DNA of 64,000 nt from Candidatus Thalassarchaeaceae archaeon. GTDB lineage: Archaea > Thermoplasmatota > Poseidoniia > Poseidoniales > Thalassarchaeaceae. Below are positions 58,701-64,000 of this stretch, piece after piece. The first letter of the stretch is position 1, and every line of letters begins with the position of its first letter. Below the pieces are notes generated by a model, which did no database searches, was not told the origin of the DNA, and saw only the letters and a list, made by a program, of their open reading frames with translations. The translations under genes and the position numbers were made by a program. The stretch covers positions 15,858-79,857 of the forward strand of contig JASMKR010000035.1 of NCBI GenBank assembly GCA_030749075.1. Direction: 5' to 3'.

Positions 58701-59123
58701 TCGGACGAATGCCCTGATGAACAAGGATTGAACTCTAGCTTCGAGAACTTCGCTCACAAGTTGGCGTTGCCCGGAAACAAACTCGGATGCCCTCTTTTCG
58801 AAGGAGAGGTCGTGGTTGAGGAAGAAGAGATTGGTTTCACACTCTCAGACGTCGATGTCACGGATACCGACGGTGACGGTACAGTGGACCTCTTCGATCC
58901 CGACGATGATAATGACGGGATTCCTGATGAGGAGGATGGTAAGTTGGATCGGCGGACTGGCGAAGGGAAGTTCTCGAAGGACCCAACTAGGCCATTCGGA
59001 CAGAATACTTGGATTGTTATCTTGTTGAGCTTCGTATTCATCTCCATGATGGGACTCCGGTTATTCAGTTGGAAGAAAAGGAAGTTTGCTACGCTGAAGT
59101 CAAAGAGAATCAGGCTAGGATAA
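52791..59123 (+). CDS. giant membrane-anchored surface protein: S8 peptidase + 2 RCC1 propellers + Cys-rich ephrin-receptor-like repeats + thrombospondin type 3 Ca-binding repeats
   Basis: Signal-like N-terminus (HLSLLLTSLMVFPTLLSVAAL). S8 triad: VAVADSGLDT (Asp 53655-53657), HGHGTHVTG (His 53829-53831), GTSMATPITAG (Ser 54504-54506). A P/Fn-like domain (VVLSWNDPP...LINDLDIFL) and a C-terminal helix 59004-59065 with a basic tail. ATG at 52791 is preferred over 52656. Confidence 0.9.
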   Translation: MPSGNGARVHLSLLLTSLMVFPTLLSVAALTLEPQTGDLDSKSSGVSKNGPRAYYSELGIPQINDPSHGWWNSDGVGEALLYHRKATYVPIEDWQTTTGERVLSGWHVLGHEYPIPSNWKDDLSEMGIECQTFYSPQGFHCDVPDLSGGDLMEAGVIGAFRLDPTDKLAPDVLPLIWGMVESNAIMEGDLFVINVLLSGDFNRGDILSSPIDLREMYAGRLAKIVADEKGMEWLVNQDFVEWIEPDYPVQLSNDEAAEIINVDWVGDPSNMGGPLNTLSGSGVIVAVADSGLDTAESCGSTISYAASLLDCNSKNGDVLDDFVGRIASVQSFHGSCSDDGPSDDHGHGTHVTGSVLGDGSNSLPDGENFAGMAPDANLYMQAIKCGGSLYPPSDYENDLFLPAYEFGARVHTNSWGTGPSGSTPNYYSSSTLMVDEAAYEMDDMVILYAMGNDGSDDNSNGEIDLEFMNRQATAKNILSIGASENFRPTLTGSTWGTANSDNWGASPISSDYLANNIEGLAAFSNRGPTDDGRIKPDLVAPGTYIISTRSAESGASCIETGYENYCYNQGTSMATPITAGSTALILEYLNNQGYTDDFTKSNDPASAMVKAMMASGAHDMEGQYSTGGDGKNGAADSAPNPHEGWGLLDLQGTVGTSFMDGISIATQESHSMRLTVPVGIPEFRVVLSWNDPPNSPSAGKQLINDLDIFLKNPSGATFNYVNDDVNNLVGVTVESPDAGDWEVIINGANVADGPQIYYVAVSNGLVITDMRHPVSDTLNIAGFQSGSIFTETTVSVGGNHICAIIDDSSLQCWGDNSFGQVGDGTTTDRLTMTSVALDSGRTAVSVSTGESYTCATLDDSSLRCWGRNNKGQLGDGTTTNSISPVSVGLGGFPVQVSSGLRHTCAVLTDASLKCWGDNANGQLGIGSNSDSSTPVTVSFSGGKKVLAVSTGAAHTCAVLDDRSLQCWGENGDGQLGIGTNSDSDSPSEVTVGGYVVAVSAGGSHTCALMVNQDLKCWGSNSQGQLGSGDQVSQNSPTTAVLSEVISIDVGGEHSCAVNLTQTLYCWGANSGGQVGDGTTSTATSPTMISVGSSLGAISVSAGGSFSCVTASNDLLSCWGGASSDSISIGSSPSEIELSRWTYINSAERDLDDDGSLNLFDTHGPGDNDGDGFPSGSNDVDDSNPARAADCSPGSYGRYICKVATVGFFVSDPGSLVMTPASSGHYVDTDGASIDTPCAVGTYQERTGQTSCDPSRAGYYVDLEGQSSDTPCPGGKFNPNTGSMSEEDCTGSEPGYNVPILTQISSGSFHTCAILDDGSVSCWGDNANGQLGDGTRSGHTSPETVLLPLGKSAVAISSGSYHTCAVLDDGSLRCWGNNEFGQLGDETTIERISPVSVDLGSGRTAASVSAGESHTCAVLDDSSVKCWGENSNGQLGDGTSTNRFSPVSIGLGDGNTAVSVSSGSYHTCAITDERMVKCWGDNWHGQLGDGSTGDRFSPTKIDLPINSSAVTLSSGSFHTCVGLNDGSMFCWGYNAYGQLGNGNMSNSHSPSAVGLIESESPTQVSIGMYHSCALFDSGSVSCWGGNSEGQLGDGGQIESLIPQTVALPAGKDALSISIGQRHSCAILNDATLYCWGYNANGQLGDGGTTNRLLPSNIDLRHGSSAQIACSPGTFQPNASQTSCILADRGYSVPLQASLNQTGCTKGYYSSLRGQESCIMASIGYYVDENLADSQTACPPFNSTVQRGSNNFDLCKPDFDGDMSPDVIDLDDDADGVEDRYDFDPLDPEVSIDSDGDSIPDSLDSDDDNDGVNDTTDKFPYNQDEWEDKDEDGVGDNSDNDDDNDGREDSFDVFPNDPAEWSDFDGDGIGDNADEDDDNDGVNDVDNDPYADLDDAFPLDSTEWIDTDDDSIGNNADTDDDGDGFDDELDAFPLDPTEWLDSDGDTFGDNFDWDDNNPFEWMDSDGDQIGDNSDECPDEQGLNSSFENFAHKLALPGNKLGCPLFEGEVVVEEEEIGFTLSDVDVTDTDGDGTVDLFDPDDDNDGIPDEEDGKLDRRTGEGKFSKDPTRPFGQNTWIVILLSFVFISMMGLRLFSWKKRKFATLKSKRIRLG
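55173..56160 (+). repeat. RCC1-like repeat block 1 (6 clear blades plus 1 degenerate)
   Basis: Periodic ~50-aa units ending in CWG-x4-GQ(L/V)G-xG, e.g. LQCWGDNSFGQVGDG, LRCWGRNNKGQLGDG, LKCWGDNANGQLGIG. Confidence 0.85.
56697..57765 (+). repeat. RCC1-like repeat block 2 (7 blades)
   Basis: VSCWGDNANGQLGDG, LRCWGNNEFGQLGDE, VKCWGENSNGQLGDG, VKCWGDNWHGQLGDG, MFCWGYNAYGQLGNG, VSCWGGNSEGQLGDG, LYCWGYNANGQLGDG. Confidence 0.87.
58056..58725 (+). repeat. thrombospondin type 3-like acidic Ca-binding repeat array
   Basis: About 6 units of FPxDPxEWxDxDGDGIGDNxDxDDDNDGVxD. The DNA is visibly self-similar (gacgacgacaacgacggcgt-type strings). One more unit lies at ~58855-58935. Confidence 0.8.
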
Positions 59124-59137
59124 ACAGTGCGCCACAG

Positions 59138-59222
59138 TGGTGCAGGGGGCAGGATTCGAACCTGCGAAGCACTACGCACAGCGACCTGAACGCTGCCCCT
59201 TTGACCACTCGGGTACCCCTGC
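59138..59222 (-). tRNA. tRNA-Leu (anticodon CAG), class II, CCA encoded
   Basis: The reverse complement folds by hand. Acceptor GCAGGGG/CCCCTGC, anticodon arm CAGCG-TTCAGGT-CGCTG, 13-nt variable arm, T arm GCAGG-TTCGAAT-CCTGC, then ACCA. Confidence 0.9.
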
Positions 59223-59281
59223 TCAAATTGGCGCTGCTACTGTGGGACTTCAATGCAACGCAATGGGAAAGGAATGGTGAA

Positions 59282-59366
59282 TGGTGCAGGGGACAGGATT
59301 CGAACCTGCGAAGCACTACGCACTGGGACCTAAACCCAGCCCCTTTGACCACTCGGGTACCCCTGC
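59282..59366 (-). tRNA. tRNA-Leu (anticodon UAG), class II, CCA encoded
   Basis: Same body as the neighbouring tRNA. Anticodon arm CTGGG-TTTAGGT-CCCAG, T arm GCAGG-TTCGAAT-CCTGT (G-U closing pair), then ACCA. Confidence 0.9.
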
Positions 59367-59458
59367 TTGGTACCGTCCGAATAATTCCTCACCAAGAAGG
59401 CAACGGATGCGCGATAGTCAGCCCCATAGTGTCATAACCGGACTGCTTCGCCTCAAAG

Positions 59459-60481
59459 ATGGCTCGAATGGCACGAATAGGCATACTCGGTCTAGGTAAC
59501 TGGGGTACGGCCCTAGCTCATGTCTGGTGCAAGGATGGTCACAATGTTCTAGGCTGGACCATAGAGCAAGAAGTCTACGAGTCCCTCATGACGAAGAGTG
59601 AGAACGAGAAGTACCTGCCTGGTTATGAGATTCCCCATCTACAATCCACAATGAATATCGCCGACGTCACGGAGACTTGCGAAATCATAGTCCTAGCACT
59701 GCCCAGCGGTGCCATACTGGAGGTTATCGACGATTTGATTCCCCATCTTCGTCCATCGCACCTTCTAATCGATCTAGCGAAAGGGCTTGCCCCGAGGGAA
59801 GGGGGTGGTTCGGGAATGATCTCAGACGCGATAGAGAAGAGGCTTGCAACGGCCGAAATGTCTAATCCGGTTGTGGTGATGACAGGGCCCACCATCGCAA
59901 CGGAAGTGGCTCGTGGCGTCATGACCAACGCGCTGGTGGCGTGTCATGACAGGAGCGTGGCAGAGCGCGTAGCGGAGCGCCTCTCTACTGATTCACTGAT
60001 CCTGACACCGGCAGAGGATCCGTTGGGTGCCGAACTGTGGGGGGCGTACAAGAATGCTGTGGCGCTTGCCTGTGGACTAGTGGATGGGCTCAAGGAATCC
60101 ATAGGCGGTGATAATCTGAAAGCCGCGCTCGTTCTCTCTGGATACAGCGAGGGCATAGGGCTGCTGGGCGCCATGGGGGCTGATCCCGAGACTGCATTTG
60201 GACCGGCTGGAATAGGGGACCTGTACGTGACTGCAACCAGCCCTCGCAGCCGGAACCGGACGCTCGGGGAGAAGCTGGGCTCGGGGAAGAGCCTAGAGCA
60301 GGCTCTGAAAGAGATGCACATGGTGGCAGAAGGGGTGCGCGCAACACGGATGTTCCTCAGGAGGTCGGAGGATTTGGGTCATCAAACCCCGTTCCTCCAA
60401 TCTCTAGGAAGCCTGCTGGACGGAGAGATTGGCGTCGAGAAGGCAATCAGACTGATGGTAGAGGCCTACGGCAACCAATGA
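59459..60481 (+). CDS. gpsA: NAD(P)H-dependent sn-glycerol-3-phosphate dehydrogenase
   Basis: N-terminal RIGILGLGNWGTALA (GxGxWGxA), KNAVALACGLVDG and EGVRAT motifs, at 340 aa. Confidence 0.88.
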   Translation: MARMARIGILGLGNWGTALAHVWCKDGHNVLGWTIEQEVYESLMTKSENEKYLPGYEIPHLQSTMNIADVTETCEIIVLALPSGAILEVIDDLIPHLRPSHLLIDLAKGLAPREGGGSGMISDAIEKRLATAEMSNPVVVMTGPTIATEVARGVMTNALVACHDRSVAERVAERLSTDSLILTPAEDPLGAELWGAYKNAVALACGLVDGLKESIGGDNLKAALVLSGYSEGIGLLGAMGADPETAFGPAGIGDLYVTATSPRSRNRTLGEKLGSGKSLEQALKEMHMVAEGVRATRMFLRRSEDLGHQTPFLQSLGSLLDGEIGVEKAIRLMVEAYGNQ

Positions 60482-60522
60482 GGGGGCAGGGTTGATTGCC
60501 TGTACTCCATACGAGAGACAGA

Positions 60523-60750
60523 ATGGCAATAGAGGACCTCACAGACTTCGAGCTCCGGCTACTGAAGTGGATCTCGGCATCAGACTTCGTGGAGGTTCCA
60601 TGGTCCACTAAGCGTGCGGCTGAAGCTTTCAAGGTCGAAGAGAAGGAGGTTTACGAGGCACTAGCCGCACTGACCTTCAAGGTCCGCGACAACATCCAAA
60701 TTTTCTACGATGACGGGGCGATCAGAATGGTCGGAGATGACGTCTCCTAG
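60523..60750 (+). CDS. hypothetical 75-aa protein (possible small winged-helix protein)
   Basis: MAIEDLTDFELRLLKWIS...EKEVYEALAALTFKV. No family recognised. The ATG at 60523 is preferred to the TTG at 60496. Confidence 0.35.
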   Translation: MAIEDLTDFELRLLKWISASDFVEVPWSTKRAAEAFKVEEKEVYEALAALTFKVRDNIQIFYDDGAIRMVGDDVS

Positions 60751-61715
60751 TCCTCCTTTCCCGCTGAGAAGGGGAGGAAAACCTCTCTCCACCTCGGTCT
60801 TTGGACGCGCTCATCCTCCTCGATAAACCCCCTTCTAATTCGTAGTGATAACTGGTCGATCATTATCACAGAGACATACATCACCAGTATGAGTGCGAGC
60901 ACCCTATCGTACAGCTTGAAGGGCTCTAGGTAGTACAGCATATACCAGCCAATTCCACCGGCCCCTACTAGCCCAACTACTGAACCATGGCGGACATTGT
61001 ACTCAAACATGAACAACATCTGGCTAATCAGGGAGTTGCTGGCCTCAGGGATTGCGAAGTAACGAATAGTCTGCCACCGGGGTAGTCCCATGGCTCGGGC
61101 GACCTCCAGAGGTTCCCGGCTAACACCCTCTAGAGCCTCGTACTGAAGCTTTCCAAGATAGCCCACGGTGTATATGGTCATTGCAAGGACACCCGCAAGG
61201 GGACCTATGCCAACTAGAATTACGAAAATTAGGGCCCATATCAGAGAAGGGACCACACGGAGGGCAGCAAGGACCTGCCTAATCATCTGGGCGAGCCATT
61301 TTGGGGATAGGTTTGTCGCCGACATGGCGGCTAACGGAAGCGAAAGGGCCATTCCAAAAACTGTGGCTAGGAAGGCTATCTCGATAGTCTGTACCATCCC
61401 AACGATGGCTGGGCTACAAACCCAATCGATACTTGATTCACAGGGAGGATAAGCCCATGACGCCCTGTTGGTGAGGACTGAGAAATCGGGTGGCCATGCC
61501 TCGCCCCATATTACAAGAAGATTGGATGCTGCCTCACCAATCCTCGAAATGGAGATCCGTAGGTGTACGATTGCGAGAATGGAGAGGAGCGTGAAAACCA
61601 AAGTGACCTTGAGAAGAGTTCGCTTGGCGATTGCCTGAAGGGTGCGTTTGAAAACACTCAATTTACTTCCCCCCCAATTGAGGAAGACTGTGCTGGTCTG
61701 AAATCTCATCATCAC
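60747..61715 (-). CDS. phnE: phosphonate ABC transporter permease
   Basis: The EAA-loop region LEVARAMGLPRWQTIRYFAIPEA with a 6-helix body, downstream of phnD and phnC. The start is uncertain (53-nt overlap with phnC if 61715). Confidence 0.83.
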   Translation of the reverse strand: MMMRFQTSTVFLNWGGSKLSVFKRTLQAIAKRTLLKVTLVFTLLSILAIVHLRISISRIGEAASNLLVIWGEAWPPDFSVLTNRASWAYPPCESSIDWVCSPAIVGMVQTIEIAFLATVFGMALSLPLAAMSATNLSPKWLAQMIRQVLAALRVVPSLIWALIFVILVGIGPLAGVLAMTIYTVGYLGKLQYEALEGVSREPLEVARAMGLPRWQTIRYFAIPEASNSLISQMLFMFEYNVRHGSVVGLVGAGGIGWYMLYYLEPFKLYDRVLALILVMYVSVIMIDQLSLRIRRGFIEEDERVQRPRWREVFLPFSAGKED

Positions 61716-62433
61716 TCATTGGCAGTAACTTCTTGCCCTTTAGTTCCAATAGACGGTCACAGAAAGTACGTGCCCTAACTGGATTATGGTCCACAATCAA
61801 GATGGCGGACCTTTGGACCTTAGCCAGCCCCTTCAGTAGATCAATAATCTCACGGGCAGTGTCAGCATCGAGTTCGCCTAGGCACTCGTCGGCTAGGAGC
61901 AGCTTAGGAGACTGGACCATGGAGCGAGCAATGGCCACACGACGCTGCTGTCCCCCAGAGAGTTTATTCACGGACTCTAACGATTTGTCGTGAAGGCCCA
62001 CGGCATGGATAGCCGCCCTAGTCGCGTCACGCATCTCTCTGGAGGGTATCGAAAATAGCGTCTGAGCGAAGGTCGCCCCCGGAAGGGCCCCCATTAGGAC
62101 GTTGTAGCCCACTGACTGGTGACGCACTAGTCCAAGCCTCTGTGGAATCAACCCTATTGAGCCACGATTAATCGATGATAAGGGAATTCCGTCAAAGAGG
62201 ATGCTGCCGGATAGGTAGGGGACCAGACCTGCTATAGTCCTGATTAGGGTCGTCTTTCCTATTCCAGAGCGGCCGATGACACCTACGATTTCACCCGGAC
62301 TGATTTGAAGATTAAGGTCCTCAATTAGTGGCTGGGATTCGACGAACCCTAGGTCAACACCCGAGACGTCAAGGACGTTTCGAGCCACAGATTCCCCATC
62401 ACCCGCCGTACTTATCCTCGAAGTATGCCTCAA
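61663..62433 (-). CDS. phnC: phosphonate ABC transporter ATP-binding protein
   Basis: Walker A GRSGIGKTTL, signature LSGGQQRRVAIARS and Walker B LLLADECLGELD. Confidence 0.88.
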   Translation of the reverse strand: MRHTSRISTAGDGESVARNVLDVSGVDLGFVESQPLIEDLNLQISPGEIVGVIGRSGIGKTTLIRTIAGLVPYLSGSILFDGIPLSSINRGSIGLIPQRLGLVRHQSVGYNVLMGALPGATFAQTLFSIPSREMRDATRAAIHAVGLHDKSLESVNKLSGGQQRRVAIARSMVQSPKLLLADECLGELDADTAREIIDLLKGLAKVQRSAILIVDHNPVRARTFCDRLLELKGKKLLPMSDDEISDQHSLPQLGGK

Positions 62434-63373
62434 TTCCAGGTATGCTACTGATGGCTGTACTGTATGATCCCAAATGGCTCTCGGTATCCACGGCCGCGAG
62501 GCCGTCAGAATTGAGAACTGAGTGGATTATGGATTGGCCTTCAGTGCCCGTATTCAATGCTAGCAAGGCAGCAGTGATCACTGCTGCCTTTTCAGGGCTA
62601 ACCTGTTCCGGATTCAGCATCACTGGGTGGCTAGGAACCTGTCCGAAGTATGGTTCTAGCATTCGGTACTCGGATCTATCGAGGCACCAATCGTTACCCT
62701 CACAGTAATCCTCGAAAGAGCTTGTCTTAGCAAAGGCGATGTCTCCCTGCCCCTCCGTCATACACCTGAATGCCCCGCCATATCCATAGTAGGTGTCGCC
62801 ACTGGATGGAATGGTGGCATTACCGAAGTGGTTCTCAATTGTGGTCCTAAGGCTGTCGATGTCCTCTTTATCGCCTGAAATCTCAACAATTCCATTATCT
62901 ATCATGTAGCCCATAGGCATGAGCATACCTGCAGACTTCAGCCACCCAGTATGGCATGAGTCCTTACCTTCCAAATCATCCAGAGACTGGATATCACTAT
63001 CGGCTAGAACCCAAGCAGCGGCGACATAGAATGTTGATCCGTCTGATTTCTTGTCAGCTAGAATGGCGTCGAAGCCATGCTGCTGCCAAGACAGCCAGGC
63101 GGAACCACCGTCGAGGAATGCGATGTCTGCATGACCGAATCTCAATGCCTCAATCGCGGCAATGTCACTGGAAATCGGATAGATTTCCACATCCCATCCT
63201 GATTGCTGCGCGACGAAGTCTGCCAAGGCCTGAGGATTGGCTTCAACGTCTTCGTAGTCATCTTGAGTCTTGAAGGCGATTCTAATGATTTCATCCTCAT
63301 CCGAACCTAGACAACCAGAATTCATTGATAGAAGAATCAAGAAAGTAAGTATCACCGAAATCGATCTTTTCAT
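62399..63373 (-). CDS. phnD: phosphonate/phosphite ABC transporter substrate-binding lipoprotein
   Basis: Lipobox LLSMNSGCLGS, with IAAIEALRFGHADIAFLDGGSAWL and YYGYGGAFRC typical of the PhnD family. Confidence 0.85.
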   Translation of the reverse strand: MKRSISVILTFLILLSMNSGCLGSDEDEIIRIAFKTQDDYEDVEANPQALADFVAQQSGWDVEIYPISSDIAAIEALRFGHADIAFLDGGSAWLSWQQHGFDAILADKKSDGSTFYVAAAWVLADSDIQSLDDLEGKDSCHTGWLKSAGMLMPMGYMIDNGIVEISGDKEDIDSLRTTIENHFGNATIPSSGDTYYGYGGAFRCMTEGQGDIAFAKTSSFEDYCEGNDWCLDRSEYRMLEPYFGQVPSHPVMLNPEQVSPEKAAVITAALLALNTGTEGQSIIHSVLNSDGLAAVDTESHLGSYSTAISSIPGIEAYFEDKYGG

Positions 63374-63433
63374 TTTTGGGTACCCTAAATTTTCTAATAA
63401 TACAATTACTTTTGAATTTTGGGTATCCTAAAT
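63374..63433. repeat. two 17-nt direct repeats TTTTGGGTA(C/T)CCTAAAT in divergent promoter region
   Basis: Copy 1 at 63374-63390 and copy 2 at 63417-63433, with one mismatch and starts 43 nt apart. The AT-rich spacer lies between the phnD start and the next plus-strand ORF. Confidence 0.5.
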
Positions 63434-63459
63434 CTCAATATTTCCTGCGATAGAATCAT

Positions 63460-64000
63460 GACCTTGCTAATTACCAGTGGTTCATTGAACAGAGTTCGGA
63501 CTGCCTCGGCACTTGCCCTCACCCTGACGTTCATCATGATAATCTCGCTCTTTCCTCTACAATCGCATAGCCCATCGCTGGACGAGGTTGAGCAGCGACG
63601 TGAGCAGTTCGGAGGGGGGGGGTCGATAGAGGAGCAGTGCAGCTCCATTACCTTCGAGGACATGTTCATCTACGACAAGGCATTGTTCGATATCCAAGTC
63701 GACGAGGATTGGCAGACGGCCCAAGTCGCTGCTATGGCTTGGATCAACTGGACTCTGGCCGACGACATCAGAGACGACCTCGATGAGTATCTGGAGGGAA
63801 TCGTTCCCTCTGGAGGCGATGACTGGCTGTCGACTGACGAAGTTGGGGCAGTGATATTGATTGCAGCAGACTGCCTTCAATACAGCATAACCAGAATTGG
63901 CATCCGCGATGGGGCTGCTCACCGAGGGGGGGTGAGCGTGGACTGGAAGAACACCACTTGGCAGGATGATGGGATGGTTATCTCGGAGTACAATGGCGTC
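63460..64000 (+). CDS. hypothetical secreted/membrane-anchored protein, N-terminal part (runs off window)
   Basis: My own translation from the ATG at 63460 is open to nt 64000: MTLLITSGSLNRVRTASALALTLTFIMIISLF...EEQCSSITFEDMFIYDKALFDIQVDEDW.... It is absent from the ORF track because it has no stop. The competing minus-strand ORFs look spurious. Confidence 0.5.

Noticed and set aside
58044-58757. Repetitive DNA that might be taken for a CRISPR-like or satellite array, plus several antisense ORFs within it
   Set aside because: The periodicity is that of a coding acidic repeat (DxDxDGxxDxxD) inside a continuous 6.3-kb ORF. Repeats are imperfect and there is no spacer/repeat alternation.
59009-59437. 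ORFs 59009..59437 (plus) and 59110..59352 (minus) covering the tRNA region
   Set aside because: They are read-throughs of two tRNA-Leu genes. The duplicated WCRGQDSNLRSTTH peptide simply reflects the repeated tRNA sequence.
59124-59458. tRNA-Leu locus as an integration site of a mobile element or genomic island
   Set aside because: No integrase, no direct repeat of a tRNA 3' end, and no phage or plasmid genes on either side. Flanking genes are ordinary chromosomal functions.
63406-63922. Minus-strand ORFs 63406..63669 and 63557..63922
   Set aside because: A plus-strand frame from the ATG at 63460 stays open to the window end, starts with a signal/anchor-like helix and sits at a sensible distance from the divergent promoter. 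The minus ORFs overlap each other and lack features.

Overview
This 64-kb window is almost entirely coding. I call about 57 protein genes and two tandem tRNA-Leu genes. I saw no rRNA, CRISPR array, transposase, integrase or prophage signature.

Likely source (inference only, no search possible): the gene set reads as archaeal. It has the archaeal shikimate entry route (ADH synthase, DHQ synthase II, GHMP-type shikimate kinase), RibL-type FAD synthetase and a Bat/HTH_10 regulator. These are mixed with bacterial-looking genes (gpsA, eubacterial riboflavin synthase, phnCDE) and very large secreted S8 proteases. I associate this mix with marine planktonic Thermoplasmatota-like euryarchaea such as Group II.

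Ordinary blocks: ileS, nadE, H+-PPase, a ribB-ribL-ribE-ribH cluster, trxB, a MoeB/Uba4-like E1 with rhodanese, aroC-aroK-aroB'-aroA', xth, gpsA and phnDCE.

Regions worth a second look:
1. 13404-17099: one ORF fuses a secreted subtilisin ectodomain to an AmpG/PAT-type MFS permease. There is a visible G+C break at the junction.
2. 52791-59123: a 2110-aa membrane-anchored protein combines an S8 protease, two seven-bladed RCC1 propellers, ephrin-receptor-like Cys repeats and a thrombospondin-type-3 Ca-binding array. It is transcribed divergently from a 711-aa unknown membrane protein and a MacB-type ABC pair. A perfect hairpin covers its Shine-Dalgarno-like GGAGG.
3. 27902-42608: a molybdenum-hydroxylase island (MocA-like, XdhC, 2Fe-2S/Mo/FAD subunits of unknown substrate) runs directly into a surface protein plus a DUF4350-like/MoxR/DUF58/membrane module, reminiscent of coxDEF maturation genes.
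4. 24016-26895: an orphan fused E1 alpha-beta 2-oxoacid dehydrogenase carries a novel zinc-ribbon N-terminal domain. It lies behind a sharply AT-rich repeat-bearing island.

All functional calls come from motif recognition by eye. No database search was possible, so family names should be confirmed with HMM or structure searches.
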